A stretch of DNA of 64,000 bases from an uncultured Gemmatimonadales bacterium (GCA_963783305.1 CAWAMW010000015.1:288001-352000); one strand, 5' to 3'. Counted from the first letter of the stretch, positions 26,885 through 37,749 are shown. A program made the numbers and translations. The notes: generated from the sequence alone by a model not told the origin.

Positions 26885-28255
26885 TCAGGTGTGCGCCGCG
26901 GGAGATGCCATTTCTGAACTCGCCGACCGCTCGCGCTCGGGGCGCGGCCGCGCCACCCCGGCACCCGAACGCCACGGGCGGCGGGCGACCAGCAGAGCCA
27001 GCGCCCAGGCCCAGAGGATCCACGAGACGCGCTCCGCGGCGCTCATGCCGCCGAACATGGTCCAGGTGATGGCCGGGACCGTAGTGGCCAGGTCGACTGG
27101 GTCGTCGCCGGCCCACGGGACCCGCCGCTCCACCACCCATGAGGCGCCGCGGCGCTCCCGATGCAGCTTCTCCTCGATGGCGGCCCCGAGCTGCCGCGGC
27201 GTGTACCGCTGCCACCCTGGAAGCCGCATGAGCGTCCACGCGGCGGCCGTCCGGCCCCAGCCGTGGTTGTTGGTGGCCGCCACCAGCGCCAGATCGAGGG
27301 AGTCGGCCATCCGCAGAAGCTGCGCACGGTCCCGTCGGCTCTGCCGGAGACCGCGCGGCGATGCATCGCTCAGCTCCAGCGCCACGAACCCGATCGTGCT
27401 CGCCGTCGACGAGACCACGCCATCGAGCTCCTCGGGCAGCGTGAACACCAGCGTCGGGCGGACGCCGGCCTCCCTGGACAGCCGCGCGAGCTCCGCCGGA
27501 TCCAGGTCGTTGCCCTCCGCGGCGCTCCGGTAGCGCCAGTCCTCGCCCAGCGCGCTCGCGTACTTCCCCAGGTACTTGATCTCGAGCGCCGGCAGCAGGA
27601 CCATCCCCTCCCCCGCCCTCTCCGGGTTCCCGGGCGCCGCGTCCTCATAGCCCTGCCAGGTGCGGTGATCGGCGATGTAGGCGGCGTCGAACCCGGCGGC
27701 GGCGTGCCACTCGCGGCGGTCCTCGGCGCTGAACCCATCGCGGCTGTCATGGGAGTGCTCGGTGTGGCTGTGCACATCGAGCACGAGGACGTCCTCGTCC
27801 GCCGGGACCAGCGCCGCCATGGGGCGCGGCCCGACTATGCCGTAGCCGTAGAAGGCGGCCAGGCCGAGGAGCGACAGGAGCGCAACGCCGAGCTCTACGC
27901 CAGCGCGGCGGAGGGGGCCCCGTCGAACCCGTGACCGGAGTACCCGCCACGCCACGAACAGGAGGATGAGGGTGGCGAGGACGGCGTAGTGCTGGCCGAG
28001 CGTGAGGACGGAAAGGGTGTCCAGGACGTTGAGGACGGGGGCGATGAGGAGATATCCCGAGTCGACGTCGAGGCGAACGCCGGTGGCGGCCGCGCCGCTT
28101 GCGCCGCGGGTCAGGGCGGACGGGCCGATGATGGCGCCGGCGAGGACGAGGAGGGTAATGGAGATGGGGATCCAGTACGTGCGGAGCATGGTGCCCAGCG
28201 CGGAACCCTCGGCATCCGGTCCGGCCCGTTCCGACGGCCGAGTCTGTGTGATCAC
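26885..28255 (-). CDS. Membrane-anchored PHP-domain metallophosphoesterase-like protein
   Basis: DVHSHT..SHDS, IADH and NNHG motifs. Confidence 0.75.
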   Translation of the reverse strand: MITQTRPSERAGPDAEGSALGTMLRTYWIPISITLLVLAGAIIGPSALTRGASGAAATGVRLDVDSGYLLIAPVLNVLDTLSVLTLGQHYAVLATLILLFVAWRVLRSRVRRGPLRRAGVELGVALLSLLGLAAFYGYGIVGPRPMAALVPADEDVLVLDVHSHTEHSHDSRDGFSAEDRREWHAAAGFDAAYIADHRTWQGYEDAAPGNPERAGEGMVLLPALEIKYLGKYASALGEDWRYRSAAEGNDLDPAELARLSREAGVRPTLVFTLPEELDGVVSSTASTIGFVALELSDASPRGLRQSRRDRAQLLRMADSLDLALVAATNNHGWGRTAAAWTLMRLPGWQRYTPRQLGAAIEEKLHRERRGASWVVERRVPWAGDDPVDLATTVPAITWTMFGGMSAAERVSWILWAWALALLVARRPWRSGAGVARPRPERERSASSEMASPAAHT

Positions 28256-28438
28256 CGTGATCGCGCCTTTTGGGATTGGACGAGGATCGGGAGTGGCGGT
28301 GAACTCTAGCGAGGGTGGGGCGGTCGATCAAGATGGGGCGCGTCGGCGGGGCTTGCGGCGGGGCGCCGGAGTGCCGAGGATCGGCATTGGGGATACTCCG
28401 GACCGACCGGGGCCTTCCATCGGCGGGAGTCATGGGGC

Positions 28439-29827
28439 GTGAAGACGATTATAGAGCCGTTCAAGATCAAGGCGGTGGAGCCGATCCGGATGACCACGCG
28501 TGCGGAGCGGATCGCGCGGCTGGAGGAGGCGGGGTACAACGTCTTCCTGCTGAAGGCGGAGGACGTGCTGATCGACCTGCTGACGGACAGCGGCACGTCG
28601 GCGATGAGCGCGGAGCAGTGGGCGGCGATCATGCGCGGGGACGAGGCGTACGCCGGGTCGCGTTCATTCTACCGACTGGAAGCGCGGGTACGGGAGCTGT
28701 TCGGCTTCAAGCACCTGATCCCGACCCACCAGGGTCGTGCGGCGGAGCGGATCCTGTTCAGCACGGTGTGCGCGGAGGGCGATGTCGTGCCGAACAACAC
28801 GCATTTCGATACGACGCGAGCGAACATCGAGGCGCGAGGCGCGCGCGCGGTGGACCTGCCGACGCCACGGGCCCGGGACCGGCAGACGCCGGCGCCGTTC
28901 AAGGGCGACATGGACGTGGACGGACTGCGTCGTCTGATCGACGAAGTGGGCGCGGAGCGGATCCCCATCTGCATGCTCACGGTGACGAACAACAGCGGCG
29001 GCGGGCAGCCGGTCTCCATGGCGAACATCCGGGAGGTGAGCGAGGTCTGCGGCGAGCACGGGATCCCGTTCTACATCGACGCGTGCCGGTTCGCCGAGAA
29101 CGCGTACCTGATCAAGCTGAACGAGGAGGGTCAGGGGGAGCGGTCGGTGGAAGAGATCGCCCGTGAGATGTTCTCGTACGCGGACGGCTGCACGTTCAGC
29201 GCGAAGAAGGACGGGCTGGCGAACATTGGCGGGTTCGTGGCCACGAACGACGACCGGCTGGCGGAGCAGGAGAAGGACCTGCTCATCCTGACGGAGGGGT
29301 TCCCGACGTACGGCGGGCTGGCCGGTCGGGACCTGGAGGCGATCGCCGTGGGTCTCCACGAGGTGGTGGACGAGGACTACCTGGAGTACCGTCTGGCGAG
29401 CGTGCGCTACCTGGGCGAGCACATCAGCGAGGCGGGCGTGCCGATCATCCAGCCGCCGGGCGGTCACGCCGTCTACATCGACGCCGGGGCGTTCCTCCCG
29501 CACCTGGACGCGCTGGACCTCCCTGGTCAGGCGCTGACCGCGGAGCTCTACGTGGAGGGCGGGATCCGGGGGGTGGAGATCGGCACGGTGATGTTCGGTC
29601 GGCGCGACCCGGAGACGGGCGAGGAGGTGCCGGGTCCGATGGAGCTGGTGCGGCTGACGATCCCGCGCCGGGTCTACACCCAGAGCCACATGGACTACGT
29701 GATCGAGGTGATCCTGCAGGTGTTCGAGCGGCGGGAGGCGATCGGCGGGTTCCGGTTCACGCACCAGGCGAACGTGCTGCGACACTTCACCGCTCGTTTC
29801 GAGCCCGCGTACGCGTTCGGGAGCTGA
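28439..29827 (+). CDS. tnaA: Tryptophanase (beta-eliminating lyase)
   Basis: IDLLTDSGT, THQGRAAE, SAKKDG (PLP lysine); LRHFTA favours TnaA over tyrosine phenol-lyase. Confidence 0.85.
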   Translation: MKTIIEPFKIKAVEPIRMTTRAERIARLEEAGYNVFLLKAEDVLIDLLTDSGTSAMSAEQWAAIMRGDEAYAGSRSFYRLEARVRELFGFKHLIPTHQGRAAERILFSTVCAEGDVVPNNTHFDTTRANIEARGARAVDLPTPRARDRQTPAPFKGDMDVDGLRRLIDEVGAERIPICMLTVTNNSGGGQPVSMANIREVSEVCGEHGIPFYIDACRFAENAYLIKLNEEGQGERSVEEIAREMFSYADGCTFSAKKDGLANIGGFVATNDDRLAEQEKDLLILTEGFPTYGGLAGRDLEAIAVGLHEVVDEDYLEYRLASVRYLGEHISEAGVPIIQPPGGHAVYIDAGAFLPHLDALDLPGQALTAELYVEGGIRGVEIGTVMFGRRDPETGEEVPGPMELVRLTIPRRVYTQSHMDYVIEVILQVFERREAIGGFRFTHQANVLRHFTARFEPAYAFGS

Positions 29828-29834
29828 GGCCATC

Positions 29835-30455
29835 GTGCCCGGGCTGCCGTTCGAGTTCGACTACATCAGCCGGCGCCGGTCGTTCCGGGCGCTGGGCGAG
29901 CTCGCGCGGCGGGCGTACGGGGAATCGCCCCGGAGCACTACGCTGGATGAGACGATCTGGCGCGCGTTCCCGCGGGGCTACGTGGGCGGCTGGATCGGCG
30001 GCACACTCCGCGGCTGCATCCAGCTCTGGCCGCTGGACGCGCACCGCGCCGGCGACTTCCTCATCGGGGCGCGCAGCGAGCGCGAGCTGACGGAGGACGA
30101 CCTGGCGACGGTCTGCAACAGCGTCCGCACCGTGTGGTACTTCTCTGCGCTGCTGCTGGACCCGGAATGGCGCGGCCGCGGCCTCGGCGCCCACCTCTTC
30201 GCGGAGGCCATGGTGCGCTGGGAGCGGGACCTCACGTGGCGGGCCCCCGTCCGGTTCGCGGCGCTGACCACCACCCCGGAGGGCGCGAGCTTCGCGCGCG
30301 GGTTCGGGATGGAGCAGGTGCGACCGGGGACCGAGACCGCCGATGGGTTCCCCATGTTCGCGCGTACGTTCGGGGTCGAGGCGGACCTGGCGGTGGTGGT
30401 GCGGTCCGCCCGCGACGCCGCGGACCGGAAGGGCCGGCTGGTCCTGGCGCCGTGA
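29835..30455 (+). CDS. GNAT-like protein
   Basis: LDPEWRGRGLG acetyl-CoA motif. Confidence 0.6.
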   Translation: MPGLPFEFDYISRRRSFRALGELARRAYGESPRSTTLDETIWRAFPRGYVGGWIGGTLRGCIQLWPLDAHRAGDFLIGARSERELTEDDLATVCNSVRTVWYFSALLLDPEWRGRGLGAHLFAEAMVRWERDLTWRAPVRFAALTTTPEGASFARGFGMEQVRPGTETADGFPMFARTFGVEADLAVVVRSARDAADRKGRLVLAP

Positions 30456-31225
30456 CCGCGGACCGGGCCGGTCCGGCCGGGCTGGTGGAACGCTACCGCG
30501 CCGCGCGCCGCGATCGCACGCTGGCCGTGCTGGAGGGGCTCCACGCGCTCAAACACGCCCTCCGCTTCGGGGCGGAGATCCTGGACGCACGGAGCCGGGA
30601 CCCGGCGCTGCTCCGGGAGCTGGCCGGGGATCTGGCGCCCGACGCGGTGGACCGGATCGCGGAGCTGGCGGCGCCACTGGATCTCGCGACGTTCAATCGC
30701 CTGGCCCGCGCACCCCACCCCACCGGTGTGATCGCCCTGGCGCGGCGGCCGGTCTTCGACCTGTCCGCGGTGCTCGATGCACCGGATCCGTCGCCCGTGG
30801 TGCTGCTGGAGCGACCGACGCATCACGGCAACATCGGCGCGGTGGTGCGGGTGGCGGCGGCGGCGGGTGCGGCGAGCCTCCTGACGACGGGTGCGCACGA
30901 TCCGTGGCACCCGTCATCGATCCGCGGTGGGGCCGGGCTGCAGTTCGCTCTGCCGGTGGACCGGCTGGAGCCGGACGGGGTGGAGGCGGTGCTGGAATGC
31001 GGCCGGCCGATCATCGCGCTGGATCCCGGGGGCGAGCCGGCGGCGTTTCCGCTCGTGCTGCCGGACCGGGCTGTCGTGGCGTTCGGCTCCGAGCGGACCG
31101 GCGTGAGCCGCGCCCTGCTCGACCGTGCGGACCGGCGGATCTCCCTCCCCATGCGACCGGGCGTCTCCAGCCTGAACCTCGCCACCTCGGTGGCCGTCAC
31201 GCTGTACTTGCGGCGGGCGGGGTGA
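30452..31225 (+). CDS. TrmH/SpoU family RNA methyltransferase
   Basis: HGNIGAVVR, FGSERTGVS, SSLNLATS. Confidence 0.9.
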   Translation: MTADRAGPAGLVERYRAARRDRTLAVLEGLHALKHALRFGAEILDARSRDPALLRELAGDLAPDAVDRIAELAAPLDLATFNRLARAPHPTGVIALARRPVFDLSAVLDAPDPSPVVLLERPTHHGNIGAVVRVAAAAGAASLLTTGAHDPWHPSSIRGGAGLQFALPVDRLEPDGVEAVLECGRPIIALDPGGEPAAFPLVLPDRAVVAFGSERTGVSRALLDRADRRISLPMRPGVSSLNLATSVAVTLYLRRAG

Positions 31226-31230
31226 GGGTG

Positions 31231-31945
31231 CCACCCGGACTGCCACCCGGACGGTGCACCCATCGCCGGTTATGGCGCATGCGAACATGCCGTGCCCCCA
31301 GTGCACGGTGGGCAGGCGCTGCACCACTCCTAGATCGACCTGCGCACTACTTCTGAGACGGCGGACTCGGAGAGATCCAGGAAACGGGCGATCTCAACAT
31401 TCCGGTAGCCAACTGCGTGCAGGCGGCGGATTATCGCGTGGCGAGCGCGGCTCCGGGCCCGGCCGCCGCAACGCCCGCGGACCGATTCGAGCGAGACACC
31501 CGGCAACTCACGAGAGAGCGTGCTCAGCGCCACCGTCGCCAGATCCGGAAGCGCTACCTCTGGCGCTCTTCCCGACCCCGCACTGGGCCCCCGCGGTCTC
31601 CACCGAACGAATGCCCGGTAGTCGTCGCGGAGCTGTCTGGTCGAACGGGTCGTCCCGCTGGCGAACAGGGGGAGCGCGAGTGCAGCGTCGAGTACGGGGG
31701 CAAGTCGCGCCGCGTCCCGCGAAAGAGCTCCACTGGACGAGGATCCGTACAGTTCGTGTGACGTCCACGGGTACCGTGACGGATCGGCGCAGAGCCCGGC
31801 GCGCACGGGGTTGAGGTGCGTGTAGATAAGGTCGTCTTTGTCGTCCCGTGCGACTGACGATGCCGCGGGATTCGGGGCGGGACCATGCCTCGATGCGCCA
31901 GAACCGGCGACCGGTGCACCGTCCGGGGGTTAACGTCCGGGGGTT
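31231..31945. mobile_element. RAYT-like element bounded by 35-bp inverted repeats (31246-31280 / 31893-31927)
   Basis: 32/35 identity between the arms, internal GGTGCACC palindrome, a second CCCGGAC copy outside each arm. Confidence 0.65.
31330..31886 (-). pseudogene. Internally deleted REP-associated tyrosine transposase (RAYT-like) with C-terminal HTH
   Basis: LIYTHLNPVRAGL...YPWTSH and EIARFLDLSESAVS retained; HUH region absent. Confidence 0.7.
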
Positions 31946-33737
31946 AGCGCGAGACGCTGCCCCAGATCCGCGCCAGCCCCGCCGCCGCGACAACAGCCAC
32001 CGCCGTCAGCAGCGCGGCCAGGCTGGTCCGACCGTACAACCAGTACCCCGTGGCGAAGAGTGCCGAATACACCGCCAGCACCCCCGCCGTCATGGCCAGG
32101 ATCCCCCGCGGCACGGTCCAGTCCTCGGCGGGGTCCGTCGGCAGCGGCTCGCCGGCGGCGGCGGCCCGCTCCGCCACCACCCGCCACCCCGCCCCCCCGG
32201 GCCGCGCGGTGCGGTAGAACCGGCGCAGCGTCGCCTCGTCCGTGGGGCGCGTCACGTACGTCACCGCGAGCCACGCGACCGTGGTGATCGCCACGCCGAT
32301 GACCAGCCGGAACGACGAGTCGATGGCGAGTCCCGGGTAGAGCCGTGGCTGGATCAGCTCGAGCCAGAGCGCCACCAGGAAGCTGACCACCATGGCGGTG
32401 ATCTCGCTGTACGCGTTGATCCGCCACCAGAACCAGCGGAGGATGAACAGGAGGCCTGTCCCGGCGCCGATCTGGAGCAGGATCTGGAAGGCCTGGAGCG
32501 CGTTGCGGAGCCAGAGCGCGAGCACGGCGGCGAGGACCATGAGCAGCACGGTCGTGACGCGGCCCACGGTGACCAGCGTCCGCTCGCTCGCGTCGGGGCT
32601 CACGAACCGGTGCCAGAAGTCGTGCACCACGTAGCTGGAACCCCAGTTCAGGTGCGTGGACATCGTCGACATGTAGGCCGCGGCCAGCGAGGCCACCACC
32701 AGGCCCAGAAGGCCCGACGGCAGGAACGTGAGCATGGCGGGGTACGCCAGGTCGTGGCCCAGGATTGCGTCGCTCACGCCGGGGAACGCGACCTGGATCG
32801 ACTCCAGCGTCGGGAACACCACCAGCGACGCGAGCCCCACCAGGATCCACGGCCATGGCCGGAGCGCGTAATGGGCGATGTTGAAGAAGAGGGTCGCCGC
32901 GGTGGCGTCCGTCTCGTCGCGCGCGCTCAGCATCCGCTGCGCGATGTACCCGCCGCCCCCCGGCTCCGCGCCCGGATACCACACGCTCCACCACTGGACC
33001 GCCAGCGGGATCACCAGCACCGCGAGGAACGACGACGGGTCGGAGAAGTCCGGCAGGAGCGACAGCTTTCCGGCGACGGCCTCGCTTGCCAGCAGCCCAT
33101 CGAGACCGCCCACGGCCGGGTGCCGCACCGCCACCACCGCGGCGGCGACGGAGCCGAACATGGCGGTGATGAACAGCAGGAAGTCGGTCAGGAGCACGCC
33201 CGTCAGCCCACCCAGTGCGCTGAACGCCACCGTCACGCCGCCGGCCACCAGCAGCGTCATGACCGGCGGGACCCCGAGCAGCACGCCGGCGATCTTGATG
33301 GCGGCCAGCGAGACCGTCGCCATGATCATGACGTTGAAGAAGACGCCCAGGTAGAGCGCCCGGAACCCGCGGAGGAACGCCGCCGGCCGACCCCCGTAGC
33401 GGATCTCGTAGAACTCCAGGTCGGTCATGACGCCGGCCCGGCGCCAGAGCTTGGCGTAGACGAACACCGTCAGCATCCCCGTCAGCAGGAACGCCCACCA
33501 GACCCAGTTCCCGGAGACTCCGTCCTGGCGGACGATGTCGGTGACCAGGTTCGGCGTGTCGGTGGAGAACGTCGTCGCCACCATGGAGACGCCGAGCAGC
33601 CACCACGGCATGTTGCGGCCGGAGAGGAAGAACTGCTTCGTGTCCCGGCCGGCGCGCCGCGCGGCCCAGACACCGATCGCCAGGGCCGCCGCGAAGTAGA
33701 GGCCCAGGATCCACCAGTCGAGGGGGGATAGTCGCAT
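31944..33737 (-). CDS. Sodium:solute symporter family protein
   Basis: FFLSGRNMPWWLLGVSMVATTFSTDTP, QRML, AAYMST; many hydrophobic helices. Confidence 0.92.
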   Translation of the reverse strand: MRLSPLDWWILGLYFAAALAIGVWAARRAGRDTKQFFLSGRNMPWWLLGVSMVATTFSTDTPNLVTDIVRQDGVSGNWVWWAFLLTGMLTVFVYAKLWRRAGVMTDLEFYEIRYGGRPAAFLRGFRALYLGVFFNVMIMATVSLAAIKIAGVLLGVPPVMTLLVAGGVTVAFSALGGLTGVLLTDFLLFITAMFGSVAAAVVAVRHPAVGGLDGLLASEAVAGKLSLLPDFSDPSSFLAVLVIPLAVQWWSVWYPGAEPGGGGYIAQRMLSARDETDATAATLFFNIAHYALRPWPWILVGLASLVVFPTLESIQVAFPGVSDAILGHDLAYPAMLTFLPSGLLGLVVASLAAAYMSTMSTHLNWGSSYVVHDFWHRFVSPDASERTLVTVGRVTTVLLMVLAAVLALWLRNALQAFQILLQIGAGTGLLFILRWFWWRINAYSEITAMVVSFLVALWLELIQPRLYPGLAIDSSFRLVIGVAITTVAWLAVTYVTRPTDEATLRRFYRTARPGGAGWRVVAERAAAAGEPLPTDPAEDWTVPRGILAMTAGVLAVYSALFATGYWLYGRTSLAALLTAVAVVAAAGLARIWGSVSR

Positions 33738-33947
33738 GGGTCGGCAATGTCGCGGACGGTCGGGGGGCACGCAACGGGCTCCTGGGTCCATGCGGTCCAT
33801 GCGGTCCGGGTATGGCCGAGGCGGTCCGGGAAGGCATTACATCTGTTCCGCCGGCTGTCGCCGCGCCCGACCACGTCTTGCGGCCATCGTACCGAGGGAC
33901 GAACGTTCGTGGGCAGAGGCCTCGATCAACTTTCTGACGGGATAGAG

Positions 33948-36098
33948 ATGATGCTCGCGCTCGACCACAGCCGCCGCCTCGGCGCGGCCCTTGTCCTGGC
34001 CGCTCTGGGATCCGCCGCGCCCGCCGCCGGCCAGACGCAGATCGACACCATCCCGGGCCCGCTCGACCTCGGGAAGATGTGGACGTACGAGTACGCGCCC
34101 ACGGAGTACTTCACCGAGACGTACGGGTTCGACGCCGACCAGGCGTGGTTCGATCGCGTGCGGATGAGCGTGCTGCGGATCCCCGGCTGCTCGGCGTCGT
34201 TCGTGTCGCCGAACGGGCTGGTGGCCACAAACCACCACTGCGTCCGCGGCCGCATCCCCGCGGTGGCGCGCGAGGGCGAGAACCTGCTGGATGACGGCTT
34301 CTACGCGACGAGCGTCACGGAGGAGCGCAGGATCCCGAATTACTACGCGGACCGGCTGCTGGCGGCCCTCGATGTGACCGACGAGATCACCGAGGCCAGC
34401 GACGCGGTCGAGAGCGGGGCTGCGCGGCGCGCGGCGCGGGAAGCGGCCATTGCGCGGGTGCGCGAGCGGCTGGCGGACGAGTACGGCGCGGGCACTCATG
34501 TCGAGGTGCGGGCGCTCTACCACGGCGGCCGCTACTCGGCGTACGTCTTCCGTCGCTTCACCAATGTGCGGCTGGTCGCCGCGGCGGAGCTCCAGCTGGG
34601 GTTCTTCGGGGGCGATGCGGACAATTTCACCTATCCCCGCTACGCCCTCGACTTCGCCTTCCTGCGCGTCTATGACGACGAGGGTCGCCCGTTCGCCAGC
34701 GACCAGCACCTGGGCTGGAGCCTGGAGGGCGTCTCGGAGGGGAGCGCCGTCTTCGTCGTGGGGAACCCCGGCCCCACCAGCCGGCTCCTGACCATGGCGC
34801 AGCTGGAGGTCATGCGCGATGTCGTCACCCCGGCCACCGTCCGAGCGCTGGACGAGCGGCTGGACGCCATGCGCGCGTTCTATGAGGCCAACCCGGAGAC
34901 CGGCGAGGCCATGGACCTCCGCAACACAATGTTCGGGTTCTCCAACTCGCTGAAGGCCTACACCGGTCGGATGGAGGCGCTCCGGAACCCCGACATCTGG
35001 ACGCGGAAGCGGCTCTCCGAAGAGGCGTTCCGTGAGGCGCTCGAGCAGGACCCGGAGCTCCGGAGCGAGTTCGCGGGCGTTTTCGATGAGATGGCACGGA
35101 TCCAGGCGGCCAAAACCGATCTCGCCGACCGCTATGGCGCCTTCCGGATCGTCAGCAGCTCCATCGCCTCCCCAGCCCTGCTGCGGCGGGCGGCCCTCGC
35201 CGCGCAGATGCTGGAGACCCGCGCTGCGGGTCGCGACGGGGAGGCCGACAGCCTGGCCGCGCGGCTCGCCGACGTCCCGGACCTCCCCGTCGATCTGGAG
35301 CACGCCATGCTGGCGATCCAGCTGGGCGATTTCCTGCGCTACCTGGGCACGGAGAGCAGCGTTGTGCAGACGGGGCTGCAGGGGATGACCCCCGACGAGG
35401 CCGCGACCGCGCTCCTGTCGGCCAGCGCCCTCGCCGATCAGGCCGGCACCGGGCGGGCGCTCGAGGCGGGCGCGCTCGAGCAGGACGCCGCCGTGCGGCT
35501 GGCCCGCCAGGTGACCCCGCTGCTCGATGAGTTCGAGATGGAGTGGGCTCGGCTCTCCGCCGAGGAGCAGGAGCTGGCCGGCGAGCTGGGCCGCGCCCGG
35601 TTCGCGGTGTACGGCACCAATGTGCCGCCCGACGCCACATCGTCGCCCCGCATCACCGATGGCGTCGTCCTGCCGTACGAGTACAACGGGACCATCGCAC
35701 CCGTGTACACGACCTTCTTCGGCATGTACGACCACTACTATTCCTACGGACCGGACTCCGAGTGGGACCTCCCCGCCCGCTGGATCCCGGCCCCCGCGGG
35801 TCTCGACCTGGACACGCCACTCAACTTCATCTCCACTTCCGACACCTACGGCGGCAACTCCGGCTCGCCGGCCATCACGACGGACGTGAAGATGGTGGGG
35901 CTCAACTTCGACCGGAACATCGAGGGGCTGAGCCGCGACTTCATCTACCTTCCCGAGCAGGGCCGCAATATCATGGTGGACGTGCGGGCCATCACGGAAG
36001 CCCTCGATGACGTCTATGACGCCGATCGCATCGTGGAGGAGTTGATCACCGGGCGCCTGATCGCCCGGGAGGCCGACGCCGACGAGTCCGTCCGATGA
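33948..36098 (+). CDS. S46 family dipeptidyl peptidase
   Basis: GKMW, CSASFVSPNGLVATNHHC, FGGDADNF, GGNSGSP. Confidence 0.92.
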   Translation: MMLALDHSRRLGAALVLAALGSAAPAAGQTQIDTIPGPLDLGKMWTYEYAPTEYFTETYGFDADQAWFDRVRMSVLRIPGCSASFVSPNGLVATNHHCVRGRIPAVAREGENLLDDGFYATSVTEERRIPNYYADRLLAALDVTDEITEASDAVESGAARRAAREAAIARVRERLADEYGAGTHVEVRALYHGGRYSAYVFRRFTNVRLVAAAELQLGFFGGDADNFTYPRYALDFAFLRVYDDEGRPFASDQHLGWSLEGVSEGSAVFVVGNPGPTSRLLTMAQLEVMRDVVTPATVRALDERLDAMRAFYEANPETGEAMDLRNTMFGFSNSLKAYTGRMEALRNPDIWTRKRLSEEAFREALEQDPELRSEFAGVFDEMARIQAAKTDLADRYGAFRIVSSSIASPALLRRAALAAQMLETRAAGRDGEADSLAARLADVPDLPVDLEHAMLAIQLGDFLRYLGTESSVVQTGLQGMTPDEAATALLSASALADQAGTGRALEAGALEQDAAVRLARQVTPLLDEFEMEWARLSAEEQELAGELGRARFAVYGTNVPPDATSSPRITDGVVLPYEYNGTIAPVYTTFFGMYDHYYSYGPDSEWDLPARWIPAPAGLDLDTPLNFISTSDTYGGNSGSPAITTDVKMVGLNFDRNIEGLSRDFIYLPEQGRNIMVDVRAITEALDDVYDADRIVEELITGRLIAREADADESVR

Positions 36099-36132
36099 CA
36101 CTGGACGCATCCACGTACTTCAGGAGGACCGC

Positions 36133-36555
36133 ATGACCCGACGCCTGACTTGCCTGACGACCCTCGGCCTCGCGTTCGGACTGGCCCTCGCCGGCTGCGG
36201 GGACATGCCCGCGGACGACCGCGCGCCCGCCGAGGCGCAGGCGCCGGCCGGCTCGCAGGGATCCGCCGCCGTCGCAGAGGCGAGTCGGGAGATCCTGTAT
36301 GTGGATGTGCGGTCACCGGAGGAGTTCGCGGCCGGGCACGTGGAGGGCGCCATCAACATCCCGCACACGGAGATGCGGGAGCGGTACGCGGAGCTGGAGC
36401 CGTACGCGGACCGGCAGCTCGTTCTCTACTGCCGGAGCGGCCGCCGCTCCGGGATCGCCATGGACATCCTGGAGGAGGAGGGCTTCACCGGCCTGGTGAA
36501 CGCCGGTGGGCTGCGGGACCTGGAGGCGCAGGGCGTGCCCACGACCGGCTCCTGA
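36133..36555 (+). CDS. Rhodanese-domain lipoprotein
   Basis: LAGC lipobox; DVRSPEEF..GH; YCRSGRRS. Confidence 0.9.
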   Translation: MTRRLTCLTTLGLAFGLALAGCGDMPADDRAPAEAQAPAGSQGSAAVAEASREILYVDVRSPEEFAAGHVEGAINIPHTEMRERYAELEPYADRQLVLYCRSGRRSGIAMDILEEEGFTGLVNAGGLRDLEAQGVPTTGS

Positions 36556-36585
36556 CCGGAGCCCGTCATGGGCGCCCCGGCGGCG

Positions 36586-37059
36586 CTACAGCTCCTGGAC
36601 GATCTCGTAGCTGGCGGCAATGGTGAGGGCGTCCTCGCCCACCGCCAGCGCCGCGTCCGGGAGCATGGTGGCGCGCACCGCCTCCCGGCGCAGGAACCAG
36701 CCCGCGTAGGAGCCGACCACCGCTGCAATCGCGCCCACCACCGCGCCGAGCGCCCGATCGTCCTCGCCCGCCGCGAGTGCGCCGACCACACCGCCCAGGA
36801 CCCCGCGCCCAAAGAGCGGCGCGGGCGATACGCGGGCGGGGATCCCCGGCAGCTTGTCGGCCACCAGCTCGCCCAGCGCCATCGCGCTCAGCGTGACCGC
36901 CACCATGTCCCGGGCCAGCCACTCCTCCAGCCGACTGGCGTGCCGGGGCAGACGGGGCCGGTCCGACAGCTCCCGCGAGACCATGGCGATCGGGGTCATG
37001 CTGCGCATCCCGGTCGCCAATCCGAGCCCGGCGGCCATGGCCAGCCTGTCGCTCCTCAT
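36586..37059 (-). CDS. DUF4126-like membrane protein
   Basis: GMRSMTP, GELVADKLP..PAR, AVGED. Confidence 0.75.
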   Translation of the reverse strand: MRSDRLAMAAGLGLATGMRSMTPIAMVSRELSDRPRLPRHASRLEEWLARDMVAVTLSAMALGELVADKLPGIPARVSPAPLFGRGVLGGVVGALAAGEDDRALGAVVGAIAAVVGSYAGWFLRREAVRATMLPDAALAVGEDALTIAASYEIVQEL

Positions 37060-37748
37060 GAAGCCTCCTTTTCGTCGTTGATACGTGCCGGACCCGCATG
37101 CAGCAGCGCTCCCGGGGGCTCCGGCACCGGACGCCCGGACTGCAGCAGGTGACGCAGCCGCGCGTGCGCCCGGCGCACCCACCGGTGCTGGTAATGGACC
37201 CCGAGCAGGCCGAAGCCGATCCGGCTCCAATGGTTCGGGAAGTCGCCCGGCTTCCACTCCGCCGCGATCCGGAATCGCACGTCGCCCGTGGCGTGCGACT
37301 TCGTCAGCAGAAACCACTCCCAGCCCCGCTCGATATGACCCTGTAGCGTGTCGTAGCGGTAGCCGAACACCGTCTCCGCGTGGGTGCTCTCCTCACGCAC
37401 CGCACCTACCACCGTCCCCGCCAGGAACCGGAGGCCGAGCACCTTCATCTCCAGCAGCATCCGCCGGCCCGCAAGCGGCGCGGCGGGGTCCAGGTGCACC
37501 GTCACGATGCGGGGATCGGAAAACTCGTACCGCACCACGGCCTCCCGCGCCCGCTCGAACGCGCCACCCGGCGCCGGCGGGCCCGCTCCCTCCCGCGCCA
37601 CCGTCGTCTCCGACTCGTGGCTCCGCCACCCATGCTCCGCATCCTTCGGCTCCGCCGGATCGAAGTTCCGCTCCAGGTCGTCCAGCGCGCGCAGCCGCAG
37701 CACCAGCCCCTCCTCCTTCCAGCCCCTGCCGAACCGCCACTCCGCCAC
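37056..37748 (-). CDS. DUF1990-family protein
   Basis: FGYRYDTLQGHIERGWEWF. Confidence 0.8.
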   Translation of the reverse strand: MAEWRFGRGWKEEGLVLRLRALDDLERNFDPAEPKDAEHGWRSHESETTVAREGAGPPAPGGAFERAREAVVRYEFSDPRIVTVHLDPAAPLAGRRMLLEMKVLGLRFLAGTVVGAVREESTHAETVFGYRYDTLQGHIERGWEWFLLTKSHATGDVRFRIAAEWKPGDFPNHWSRIGFGLLGVHYQHRWVRRAHARLRHLLQSGRPVPEPPGALLHAGPARINDEKEAS

Positions 37749-37749
37749 G

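Noticed and set aside
28439..29827. Tyrosine phenol-lyase assignment
   Set aside because: LRHFTA and SAKKD favour tryptophanase, though this is not certain.
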